A program made the translations under genes and the position numbers. 64,000 bases of DNA from Camelus ferus (lineage: Eukaryota), in contig NC_045697.1 of assembly GCF_009834535.1 (NCBI RefSeq), positions 29,638,001 to 29,702,000 on the forward strand. The letters are read 5' to 3'. Positions 52,721 to 64,000 of this stretch are shown in pieces. The notes under the pieces were generated by a model. It worked only from the letters and a program-made list of their open reading frames with translations, ran no database searches and was not told where the DNA came from. Every line of letters begins with the position of its first letter. Position 1 is the first letter of the stretch.

Positions 52721-54509
52721 CTTAATCTAACCCCACAACCGGAATGTAATCTTACTGAGGGCAGGGATTTTGTTTTGTTATATCCCCAAAGCCTAAAATA
52801 GTACCTGGTACAAAACAAGAAAAGACTGAATGGGAATACAGAAATGAAGGAAAGGAAAGGAAGGAGGGCAGGAAGGAAAGGCTAACTATTTGGATAGGAG
52901 ACTAGCCCCTGGATAAAACAAAAGCTTCTTAATATGGTCATTCTCATAAATCAAGAAGAATACACTATTACAGTGAAACTGTGCATGAGGTTTCTAAAGC
53001 CCACACTGCTGTTTCGTTTTAGAGAAACTTTAAACAATGTGTACAAAGTTCCTAAGATTCGCTTACTATCTTGATACTCCCGACTCTTCCCTTCCTCTAG
53101 GATTTTAAATTTAGCAACCTCAAGTTCTACCATCAAGAGGGTTTCAGGACCCTAAACTAAGGTAGGAAAGATACTGTATAATTACTGTTCAATAGCTTTG
53201 TGGCATCTTATATGTTAATTCTTAACACCCACTAACGAGAAACTCTGCTCAGCATCCGATCACAACAAATAGTTTATTTTAGTACAGCCTTTCTCCTTAT
53301 TGACTGTCTTATTTCAAGCCTCATTCAAAATACGACTTTTCTTTCTCAGAGAATTGCCTTTCACTTTATTCCAAGACTAACTGCATTCAGCTCTGGCCAA
53401 TGATTTTAAATATATTTTCCAAGCTCCATAGTTGGCTACTCATTCAGCCCCAAATAAAGCTGATTTTTACCTGGTCACATACCTCATGCCAATTCAATCA
53501 AGAATATGTGAGGTCTGACTATAAAGTAATAAAGCTGGGAGGGTGGTGTGTGCTTGGTTTATAGAATCACTTTCATTTCTTTACTTATCATTGTATGATG
53601 AGATTCTAAGGGAAAAATGTAAAGACATGTTTAACACCAAAAACAACAAAATCACCCCTAAACTAGAGCTACTATTGACTTACTGGTCTGAACCACTCTA
53701 AGACAAATAGATTCAGAATACTGTGTGTTGATAGCCAGAAAATGTCAAACATAGATGTACCTGAAATATTTTATGACCATAAATATGAATAACAGAGTCT
53801 TCCCAGTCAGACCTATCTAATTTCATCAGCCTTCTGAAATGACATCTTTCACTAAAGCATCCTCGGGGAACAAACACAATAAGATAACATTAATTAAAAT
53901 ACATAAAACCATCCAGGAGGAGCAAGGAGCACACTACCTTTCTTTAAAGGGGAGAAATTGAACTAAAAACAGTAATCACTGTTTTGCCAGCTTAAAAAGC
54001 TAGGTCTTATGTAATGCCTGCAGCTACGATTCTACCAGACTCTCTCCAAGGTAGGATAATAATTAGCATGTTATTCATTCGTCTGGTATGCACCTAACTT
54101 TGTGGGCTGTGTGTGCATGCTCACTTGGCAACTTCGAGCTTCAGTTCTCTGCTACCTTAACGTTTGCCATTAAGCAGAATCCAAGAAGTTACACAGTACA
54201 ATGTGCCATCCCGAACTACTATGCCAACAGTCACACTATGCAAAAAATGAAGACTCTGCGCAGTCCTAATGAGACCTTCATTATTATCACTGCTGTGGCT
54301 CAGCTCTCCACTTCATTTGAGGACTGAAAACAGAGAACAGATTCCTGGGACAATCAGAAGACTGGCCAATCCTGTTGAAGACCTACCTGGATAAGGCAAA
54401 AGAAAAGAATCTTAAAGAGACAGGAAGGTTTCCAGCTTTGGTGCCTGTGGGGGTGGGGATGCTGTTAACTACAGCGGGGAACACAGCAAGTCCTAACAGG
54501 GTTAAAAAG

Positions 54510-55095
54510 TGGTGGCATCATACGTAGCTGGCAGGGATGTAAACCTGAACAACCACTCTGACAGGCTCCATTAAGGCTGGACAACATATGTATGCCTCAC
54601 AACCCAGCAATGCCATGCCTGAGAATACACCTAGCAGAAATGCATGGTACATGTCCACCAATGGCATACACAGCAATGTTCATGGCACCATTATTCTCAA
54701 TGGCCCAAAACTGGGAAACCAGATGTGTGTTAACAGTAATGTAGCCAATTGGAAGTATATCCACATAATGGATGGCTACACACAGCAGAAAAGAATGAAC
54801 TACTCCTACTCATAACAACATGGTGGCTGAGCAGAAGACGACCAACACGAAAGAGCACATCCTGTATGACTCCACGGACGTGAAGTTCAAAACAGGGAAA
54901 ACTCAGGGATAGTGACAGAGGTATGATGGGAGGGGTACTCTCCGGAAGGGGACAAGAGGAAAGCTGTAGGAAGGATGGAAATGCTCTCTGTCTTGAGCTG
55001 GCTAATGGCTACCCTTCCACATACATATGGAAAAACTCAGCAAGCTGTACACTTAAGATCCTGCACATCCCTATATAGAAGCCATACCTTAAGTT
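54510..55095 (+). mobile_element. Old L1ME-like 3' region
   Basis: aacccagcaatgccatgcctgagaatacacc...aatgttcatggcaccattattc...ggatggaaatgctctctgtcttgagctgg. Confidence 0.8.
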
Positions 55096-57459
55096 TAGAA
55101 TTTCATGAGTAAATTAAATTCTCCTAGCCCTGGAGCTTTATAGTGATAGCAAATTTCCTCCCCAAAACAACTACGTGATACAAAACAGGCTCACTTCAAA
55201 ATTCAAGCAATAAAAGCATCTGAACAAACTGAAGTCCTCAGTACAAGTAAGTGCACACTTGTGTACACTCGTGTGTAACGTACATGCCGTTGAGCTTTCC
55301 TGAGGAAGTCGTTAACTAAATGGTCTGAACACGGCTCAGAGTCTTCAGATGTAGAACAATGGACCTGACATAGTAAGTCACCCCCTCTCCCCGACTTTCT
55401 CTCAAGCCCCCAGAAATAATGTACTGACCCCTCTTCTGTGTTAGAGGAACAGGTCTCTGTATGCTAACACTGCTTATCTGTGAGTCCCAGGGAGACAGGC
55501 TGGAGGCTCACTCATTTTTGTCACCTAAGCACCTTACACACTGCCCTAGCACAGGGCAGTAAATGTGTGCTTGGTTTTGAATAATTCAACACACTTTCAG
55601 TAACATTCCCTTAAAACTTCATGGCTAAAGATCAAGTGTCCCATCTTCTTTTATAACCATCCAAGTAGATGCAATGCAATATCTGTCATTATTTTTTCAT
55701 TAAAAAGTTGACTTAATCCCCCAGTATTATCACCCTTGAAGAAATAAAAATGTCCCAGAGCTTCATGTATTGCTTAGCCCAATTTCACTGCAGTGTTTTT
55801 GCTTTCGAAAATGTATTGTATCAAAAGAATTCCCTGAGAAGGGCTATTTCTTACAGTTCTGCCTGTGATCATCTCATCTGGAAGTGGGATAAGAAGAGCA
55901 AGTATCAGTCATGAAAAGAAGGAGACAAGTCCTCCTTTATATAATCAGGTTTGGCTATTGACTATGCTTTGGTTTCCAATGTTTTGTTGTACAGATTACA
56001 CCTCAGAGACAATTGCATACTAGTTTTGTAACTAGTCTTGTGTACCTGGCCATTGAAATATGGCTTCACTCCTGGAGTTAACTAAACTTTAACTCCTAAG
56101 TAAGAGAAAGCAGTTGAACCAACAAAAAGACTTCTCTAAGATCTGAGAAGAAAGCCAATGAAAGCTAATCTCCCATTCCTGATTAAGGAGAAATGAAGAA
56201 GGAGCTGGTGGTCTCTTTCTAACGGACAGAAGCAGCAAAAGGCTGGGGGAAGGAGACCCTAGGACAGCTATGAAATAGCTGCAGTTGGCCCACCATTTCC
56301 TATGTGGATGATGCATGAAGATCTAACAGGGTCAATTTAACTCTCCCCGGGGAAGAGCTCAGCAGGGACCCAAGGGAGTCAGGTCACATCTAAGAGGTCA
56401 CAAACATCACCCTGACAGAACCAGACTGTGAAAATATGTCATTCATGGGACCAAAGGACTAGGGGATGGAAAACCCCAAATATTTTCCTCCTTTGTCCAC
56501 TCTGGCCAATGAATAGCCTCCTCTTCCCCTTACTAATGCCTGTGTGATTAACATGATCAAAGCACAGTTATGAACAATCAGCAACACTCTACTTAACTCA
56601 ATGCTTAACTTAGGGTCCACTGAAAATGTCTATAACTACCAAATTATTTTTAAAGTGTATTTCTATGCACTCACTTATTTATTCCCCACCCCCCAACACT
56701 CCCTAGTAAACCCAAGTGTCAAAGAATTGCCAAGATTACCAATGCAACCCCCTCACCAGGTGGGGTTAGGAGTCTGAGAACTACAGGTGGGAACACCACT
56801 TCCCATGCCTCTGTTGTACTGGGCAGTCCCGACTCATTCTCCAGCGCAGCGGCCCAGGGATCACAGTGAATATTTGACCAACATTGAACATTTTCAGGAC
56901 TCATCACTTGTCAGCAACGACAAAATAAATGAAGTTGTTTTTCCCATTTGTTCATTTTCAACTCCTTCATTTAGCCAACCACAGTTTTCACAAACCATAG
57001 TTGGCAGCATCTAGTCAAGTGATGTTTTTGACCATGGAGACCACACCATCGGATGCTGAGATGGATCTTCTGAAGTGTTATCCTTTCCTGAGGCAGGAGG
57101 ATGGCACAAGTAGGGCACAGTCGTGGTAAGAGAGGCCAGATTACCAGGTGGTCTTTTCTGGAAGACCACCAGACCTCTGGAAGTGAGCTTGACAGTGAAC
57201 CTGCTCACAGTGAAACTTGAAACCTTACTGGCTAAGAAACTGAATTTAAAGAAGAACAAAAACAAAAACAAAAAAACCTGGCAGAATTCTAGTCTCAGTT
57301 CAACTATTTTATGTACTAAAATTCTTTCACCTCAGTATTTCTTTCTAGATACCCAGAATACATTTACTTAAATAATATACTTTCAAACCTTTTTTCATCC
57401 ACCAATTACCTTAGCAGTAAAACAGTGAAAAGATGAAAAAGACCTGCGGAAAAGAATGA

Positions 57460-57680
57460 ATGTAACTGGTACCTAATATGTGACAGGCCCTCGTAGGCAT
57501 CTTACTTATATACGTTACCGCCTATAAACCTCACAGCCTTTTAAAGTGGGAACTGTTATCTCCAGTCCACAGTAGAAGAAAACTGAGGTGTGACTTGTCC
57601 ATGATCAGAGTTAGTGGCAGAGCTAGGATTTGGGGCAAAGACGGAAGGACACCCAAGCCTCAGACCTTCCCGGGAATGAC
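57460..57680 (-). mobile_element. MIR
   Basis: agaaaactgagg...tgacttgtccatgatcagagttagtggcagagctaggatttg. Confidence 0.75.
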
Positions 57681-58379
57681 GATCCTCCCACTGACATCCC
57701 AGAGCTCCCCAAATGGAAACCTGGGACTCCCCAAGGCTACTTTGATCAGCAAGCTTCACACGTTCCTTGCAGAGGCTGCCGTTTTCTGCATCATTACTTC
57801 TACAGCTCTCCCAGGACCCAGCTGGGAACAGGACCACCGATGCTGCTGTCACAGCAGCTGTCTGAAAAACAGCACAGTCTCGGGCAGGGTGGAAGAGCTT
57901 GAGAAGGGAGAGAGAGAGAGAAGACATGCATGTGTGCACACAAAAGAGAAGGTGTATGTGTGGGTACAAAAATAAAAATAGTAGAACTGTAATAATAAGG
58001 ATGTAAAGATAAATTTTTAAGTCATCCAGAACCATGGCCACATTTCTTTAATATGGGTAGTAAGTATATCAGGATCTAACATACTAGTCTCTACTTAATG
58101 CAAAATTTGTATATTTGAAATATTTTGTTAAGACAAAAATTTACAGATAGAGATACACAGATATCAACATGATACATATACACAGATGCACACATCTGGA
58201 AAGGTTACCCAGATTAGTAACTATTGTCAATGCTACCTACAGGGAGCAGGAAGAAAGAATGGGGCATTTATAGCTAATTCTGTATATCTAGAGAAGTAAA
58301 TAAGACAAAATCTAATGAACGAGCATGAGTTTTCAATAATTACTACATTTTTACACAGAGATGCAATTTACTTGTAGAT

Positions 58380-59945
58380 CTGACCTAGCTGATCACACCT
58401 CTCCCTTGAAGTACATCTTCCCTTGGCCTCTAAGACACCACACTCCCCCATCAGTGGCCACTCCTCAGTCTCCTTTGCTTCCGCTTCCCCTCATCTCTCC
58501 AACCCTAACCTATCAGTGCAAACCTTCTCCCTCTTCACTCTCTCCCTGGATGATCCTCACACTCCCAAACCTGTAACTCCAGCCCAGACCTCTCCCCTGA
58601 GCTCCAGCCTCCTAGATCCAACTGCTGGGCCTGTATCTCCAGACTCTGTCTATTAAACTCCCCAAATTATCATATTCAAAGCCGAACTCCTGTTCCACCC
58701 TGTCTTCATCCGTTTGGGTGGCTATAACAAAATACCATAGACTGAAGGCTTAAAAACAACAGAATTTTATTTCTCACAGTTCTGGAGGTTGGGAAGTGCA
58801 AGATCAAGGCACCAGCAGATTCGGTGTCTAGTGAGAATCCTCTTTCAGGATGCAGACTCCCAACTTCTCAAATCTTCACATGGTGAAAAGCAGAGAGGAT
58901 TGGCAAACTCTCTCGTGACCCTTATAAGGGCACTAATCCCACATGAGGGATCCACCCTCGTGACCTTATCTAAACCTCCCAAGGCCCCACCTCCTAACAG
59001 CATCACATTAGAGGGTAAGGTTTCCAACATATGAACTTGTCAGGGGAGTGGGGGATACAAACATGACACTCCCCCAACAAAACCTGCTCCACTGGATCAC
59101 AGTCTTCTCCATCTCATTCAGAGCTGCCTCAGACTTCCAGCTGCTCAGACTGCAATCCTTGGAATCATCCTTAACTCCTCCCTTTTGATGGCACCTCACA
59201 TTCAACCCATCAATAAATCCTACTGGCTCCACTCTGAAAATACATCAAGAATCCAGTCACTTCCACTGCTACCAGCCTTGTCCGACTCTCCACCACCTCA
59301 CACATCAGATTTCCACAACCGTCTTTGGACTGATTTCCCTGAGTTCCCCCAGCACTCCTGAAATCAATTCTCACACAGCTACCAGACAACCCTTGTGTAA
59401 TGTAAGTCAGAGAGCTACCCTTGGCTGGGAACCCTCCAGTGGCTTCACACCTTAATTGGCATCAAAGTCAAGCCTGTTTCAATGGCCTAAGAAGCCCCCC
59501 AGGATGTTTCACCACCTTCACCCCACCTTTTTTATTGATCTGATCCAACCCACCCTTTCTCACCTCATTCCAACCACACCCTGATATCCTCTCACCCCTC
59601 GAACACCAATGCCTGGAACACTCCTTTCCCAAATATGCACAGTACAGGCCATCCTCCCTCACCTCTTTCAAGTGTTGACTCAAACGACTTCTCTGTAAAG
59701 TCTTCCCTGACTGCCCCCATTTAAAATCACATCCCCTCCCCTTATCTTCCCACCCCTCTGGTCTGGTTCGTTTTTCTTCACAGTACTTATACACCTGATC
59801 ATGTCGATGACTTATTTTATTTAGTTACTGTCTATAATCCTGACCATGGATGCAAGTCCACAAAGGCTCAGGTTTTTATCTGCTGTGCTCACCGCTGCAC
59901 CCTTAGCACCTCACTGCACTCGATAAATATGCTAGATGAATAAAC
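58380..59945 (+). mobile_element. L2 relic split by MLT1A
   Basis: ccagcccagacctctcccctgagctccag, aatccttggaatcatccttaactcctccc, and a tail gataaatatgctagatgaataaa. Confidence 0.85.
58701..59068 (-). mobile_element. MaLR solo LTR (MLT1A-like)
   Basis: gctataacaaaataccatagact...ttctcacagttctggagg...gggatccaccctcgtgacct, with TSD caccc / ctccc. Confidence 0.92.
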
Positions 59946-60959
59946 AGATACACCTTTGTTCAGCCACTTACTCTCACCATTTTTAAACAACTTGGTGTAA
60001 AACAATCCTATGATGACCAGTATGCTGTTTCTGTCCCGAATTTTCAAATCTAACGTCTCCCCAAAAGTGTCACTTATCAGCCTGCCCTGTGTCCAATGTA
60101 GTCAAGAAAGGCCTAATTTTTTTTTTGCAAGTAAGAGGAGGTTTAGAAGGCTCTACCCCAAATGTTAACAATTATTATCTTCAAATGTTGACATTTCTGG
60201 CAATGTTTACTTCTTACTTTCTTTCTGCCTAAGTCTTGTCATAATGAATACACTTGACTCTCATGATCAAAGAAAATCACAATTGGAAATGACCTCCCCC
60301 AACCCTGCCCTGGCTTTAAAATCTAAAAATAAAAGCAGATTGGACCACAGCTGAAATCATTCATGCATTTGCCATCACTGCACTGAGAAGTGTAGCCAGA
60401 GAAATCCCGAGGCCACACGCCTCCTTTCACCCCTGAACACCTGCCAACTGAGAGGCACCACCCACAGGCTGTGTTCCGGTGGTGGTTTTTTTAAACTTAC
60501 ACTGGTTCAGAACACAGACTGATGTCACTGAATAATTTGGAGACAATTAACGACAAACCAAACCATCTTTAAATTTACTGCTTAAAGATACAGGTGGTTC
60601 ACCAGATTTAAAAACAAAACCATGTTGGCTCAACATGCTGGTTTATTTTTTTTATTTTGCCTAATCAGCAATCTGCACAAAGCTTTGTGCCAATGTCTGG
60701 CCTATTTTAATCATTTTTCTCCCTCTATTTTAACAATATGCACTTTGTTTAAACAATGTATTTTTTTTAACCTCCTAATTTCAATGTTCAAATGGTGAAA
60801 GTTGTTTTTTCCAGAGAGTATATGGACTCAAAGGTGTAGCATTTATCCAAGCCCACAGGAATCACTGAATTCAATTAAGAATGTTAAGTGAGCCTTCTCA
60901 ACTTTTGTCTTCTCTTAGCAAATACAAGAGTAATAATATCATAAATTAAAGACAATGCT

Positions 60960-62235
60960 TTTTAAACACTTACTTTGGAAGGTACTGATCAAAGCACTTC
61001 AAATTAATATACCCATTTAATCCTTGCAAAGTCTGTTATCCCTTTTTAAAAGATGAAAATATAGAGGCATAGAGAGGTCAAGAAATTACCTTAAGGTGAC
61101 ACAGGGTAAGTGGCAGAACTTGAATCCTGGCTCTAAGACCTATACTTCTTATACCACTGTGAGTGACCACCGGGTGTATCTCCTGTGCATGCCACGGTGG
61201 TAAGACTTTGGATATACTACTCCCATTTCACCTAATATTCTTTCCTTCTTTTGCTGTCTAGAAAACTCCTATTTAGCCTCCAAAATCCATCTTTGGGAAA
61301 ACTTCCCTGATATTCTAATATACTGAAAATTAATCATGCTCTATTTTCTACCACCATTTTCTTTGTTCATATTCTATTTCACTAAAATGTAAATAATTAA
61401 TCTTCCCTGATTTACCTATTCATTCTATGTGAAAGGAAACTGTATCTGATACATATCTGAATTGTCCACACTTAATAAATATCAAAAGAATGAATTAATT
61501 TATAAATGTTAAACCTTTCTGGATCTATCTTATAATACAACATTTATTAAGTGTTTACTATTCTAGGCACATTATGTATTTTAATTCACTTAATCGTTCT
61601 ATAACAACCCCATTAACAAAAGTGTAATTATTGTCACAAAAATATAAGTATAATGAATGTTAAAGATTCTATCATTACCCGAGGTCAAAGCTAGTTAAGA
61701 ACCAAAAGTGGACCCCAGGCAGTTTGGCTCCACACTCATTGCCTTCCCAGTACATAGATTCTTTACTGGACTCTCCAAGGTCCAGAGGAAAGGCCAGACC
61801 CAGTTCTTGCCCGTAAACACGCCACGTGGAATCTACTTTTCTTCCCTCTTCACACTACTGGAGGGAATGATCACCTGAAGGATCTATGAGGGTTCACCCT
61901 GAAAACTCACTGTCAAGCAAGAGGCTTGTCATTGAAAAGGAAGCTCAACGATAACTGTTGAATGACCAAAAATCATTTCTATATAGCTTTAAAATGATGG
62001 GTTTTTTTAACATGTAATAGTACCAGGCACTGTTCAAAGTATTAAACATACTTTATCTTCAAAACGACTATATGAGGAAGAGAAATATGGCGACGGTACT
62101 TCTTAGCCCTATTTTACAGATGAGGAAACAGAGGCACCACAAGTTTCAATAACTCGCCTTATAACTTGAGGTTCAAGATCACAACATCAGAATGTGAAGC
62201 CAGGATTCAAAGTCGAGCAGTCTGACTCTAAAGTC
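60960..62235 (-). mobile_element. Cluster of three MIRs (about 60960-61160, 61540-61750, 62000-62235) with L2 remnants between
   Basis: Cores such as cctattttacagatgaggaaacagaggcac. Confidence 0.7.
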
Positions 62236-62698
62236 CTGACATTTCCTGTGGCTGCTGTAACAAACACAAACTGTGCGGCTTAACACAACAGAAATGTACT
62301 CTTACAGTTCCCGAGGCTTGAATTCTGATACCAAGATGCTGTAAGGACCATGCTCCCGCCTAAGCATCCAGGATAGGGTCCTTCCTAGCCTCTTCAAGCC
62401 TCTAGTAGCCCCAGGGAGGCCATGGTTTGTAGCAGAGTAACTCTGACCTCTGCCTTCATCTTCACAGAGCCATCTTTCTTCTCTGTCTGTGTATCTGTCT
62501 TCACATGGTGTTCTCCCTATCTGTGTCTGTGCCCAAATTTCTCTTCTTATAAGGATACCAGTTACAATGGTAAGGTCCCACCCTCCTCCAGTACAACCTC
62601 ATCTTAACTTGATGACATCTTTAAAGACCATTTTTCAAATAAGGTTACATTCACAAGTACCAGGGGTTAGAACTTTAAGGTATTTTGGGGGTGGGGTG

Positions 62699-62730
<32 letters not shown>

Positions 62731-62757
62731 GAGAGAGACACAATTCTACCAGTAACA
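62232..62757 (-). mobile_element. MaLR solo LTR (MLT1C/D-like) with (TG)n at about 62697-62730
   Basis: tttcctgtggctgctgtaacaaa...aaataaggttacattcacaagtaccaggggttag...gacacaattc. Confidence 0.88.
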
Positions 62758-63065
62758 GATACCTGATATGCAACTGACTCCAGAGATGCAGAAAAATGAC
62801 TCAGTTTTTCTAACTAGTTAATCCTCTTGATTGGTGCAAGATTTGCTTGTTCTCAAATCACTCCTCTGAATACAGAGTGGTGGTAAGATGTTTGAGATTC
62901 AAGGGTTTCTTTACATACAAGGTAAACAGAACACAATCAAAATATAAACATATTTTAAGTAAATGAGAAGCTTTGTTTATCATAAAAAAAAGCATGTATT
63001 TCCCTAGAATGGAAGCCAGTAGCATACCAGAAAAATTCAAAATAAAATACTTATAATCTGCTTAC

Positions 63066-63268
63066 CTTCCCACTCTTTTAATTAAGCATACACCTCCATT
63101 TCTTCCATTAAGGCAATACTTTCGAGTTCTGACCAATGAACAGTAATTCAACAATATTCTATAACAGTGACCTATAATCATTTGATATTTTCTTTTAAAA
63201 TTAATAGAAGTGTCCATTTCTTTTGATTCTTTGGGGTTTATAGCTAACAGATTAAGATTACATGCAGC
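63066..63268 (-). other. Candidate 203-nt exon of an unidentified minus-strand gene
   Basis: Acceptor aattttcag|g, donor aag|gtaagc, and one frame open throughout. No recognised homology. Confidence 0.25.
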
Positions 63269-64000
63269 CTGAAAATTTTTATTAACAAAAATCAGCCCTC
63301 AAGGAAACATGTAAATGAAGTACACAGTTATGCAAGTAAACACATGTGTTTCAAGTTTCTCCCATTGATAGCTTCCCTATCCTTCCAGAGTCTTCCGTCA
63401 GACTTGTGGGTTCACCCTACACCAACTGTGCTTTGTTCAGCTGTTAATCATGTGAAACACATTCGCCACACACTGGAAACCTGACTTTCTCTGTGTGCTA
63501 AGGAAACAACCAGAAATTTCCAAAACAGGCTAATTCAGAATTTGGCCCTTTAAATAGACTTAGGGAAATTCTCAAGCATAAGTAATTATTAACCAACTCA
63601 CTACTCAAGAATTATTCTTTGAAATGTTTTTCTTAGATGACATCATTGATAACTAATTACATGAATACATCTCACCTAGATGGCAAAAAAGGACCACAAA
63701 GTTGCCTTAACTCATTTTAAATATCAAAATACAGCATTTAAGTCAGGATGCACAGTATACCAAGGCTAGTCCAAGCAAATTTCGTAGGGAAAATGATAAT
63801 TCCCAAAATCAAATTCTGGACCTGAAATCCCATTACTTTCTTGTATTCCATCATTGTCTTGATTCAAACAGAAATGGAAGTAGTAACGGCTTATTCTAAA
63901 GGATGGTTCAATTATTTTGGAAGAAACAAATGACCTATTTTTAAAATAAAGTAACAGACTTCCTGTAGGAAAAGACCACTATTAACAGGGAATAATTTAG

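Larger units (their letters stand above)
50780..52835 (+). mobile_element. Long L2 relic split by two LTRs
   Basis: aactgctcttgtcaaagtcaccaatgacctccatgttgc, ccatcatctcccgcctagattacagcaa, and a tail gagggcagggattttg...gactgaatg. Confidence 0.85.

Noticed and set aside
57667..57676. STAT6-type palindrome TTCCCGGGAA
   Set aside because: A single short motif at a MIR edge with no supporting context.
63085..63120. EGF-like motif (YCLNGRNGGVC) in the candidate exon
   Set aside because: Cysteine spacing does not fit, and the rest of the EGF pattern is missing.

Overview
Mammalian, AT-rich, repeat-dense non-coding DNA. It is most likely camelid: there are two tRNA-derived SINEs of the Vic-1 type with target-site duplications (TSDs) and young laurasiatherian-type L1 3' ends, and I saw no Alu, B1, Bov-A or PRE-1. 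I recognise no protein-coding gene, RNA gene, CpG-island promoter, CRISPR array or prokaryotic system. The only recognisable protein sequences are decayed L1 ORF2, hAT (Charlie/Buster) and Tigger transposase fragments. Much of the window is L1, L2, MIR, MaLR/ERV LTRs and DNA-transposon fossils. Nearly all L1 pieces are on the + strand, which would fit a large intron of a minus-strand gene (inference). Best leads: (i) a chimeric L1 insertion, a young 3'UTR fused to an ancient-type L1M terminus inside one TSD; (ii) two solo LTRs carrying transcription-factor motifs, one with a perfect STAT/GAS site and one with tandemly duplicated KLF/SP sites; (iii) a 203-nt minus-strand candidate exon with an open frame; (iv) rearranged or tail-less L1 ORF2 fragments. 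Family names come from recalled consensus sequences, not a database search, and boundaries of old repeats are approximate. I found no convincing new biological system.
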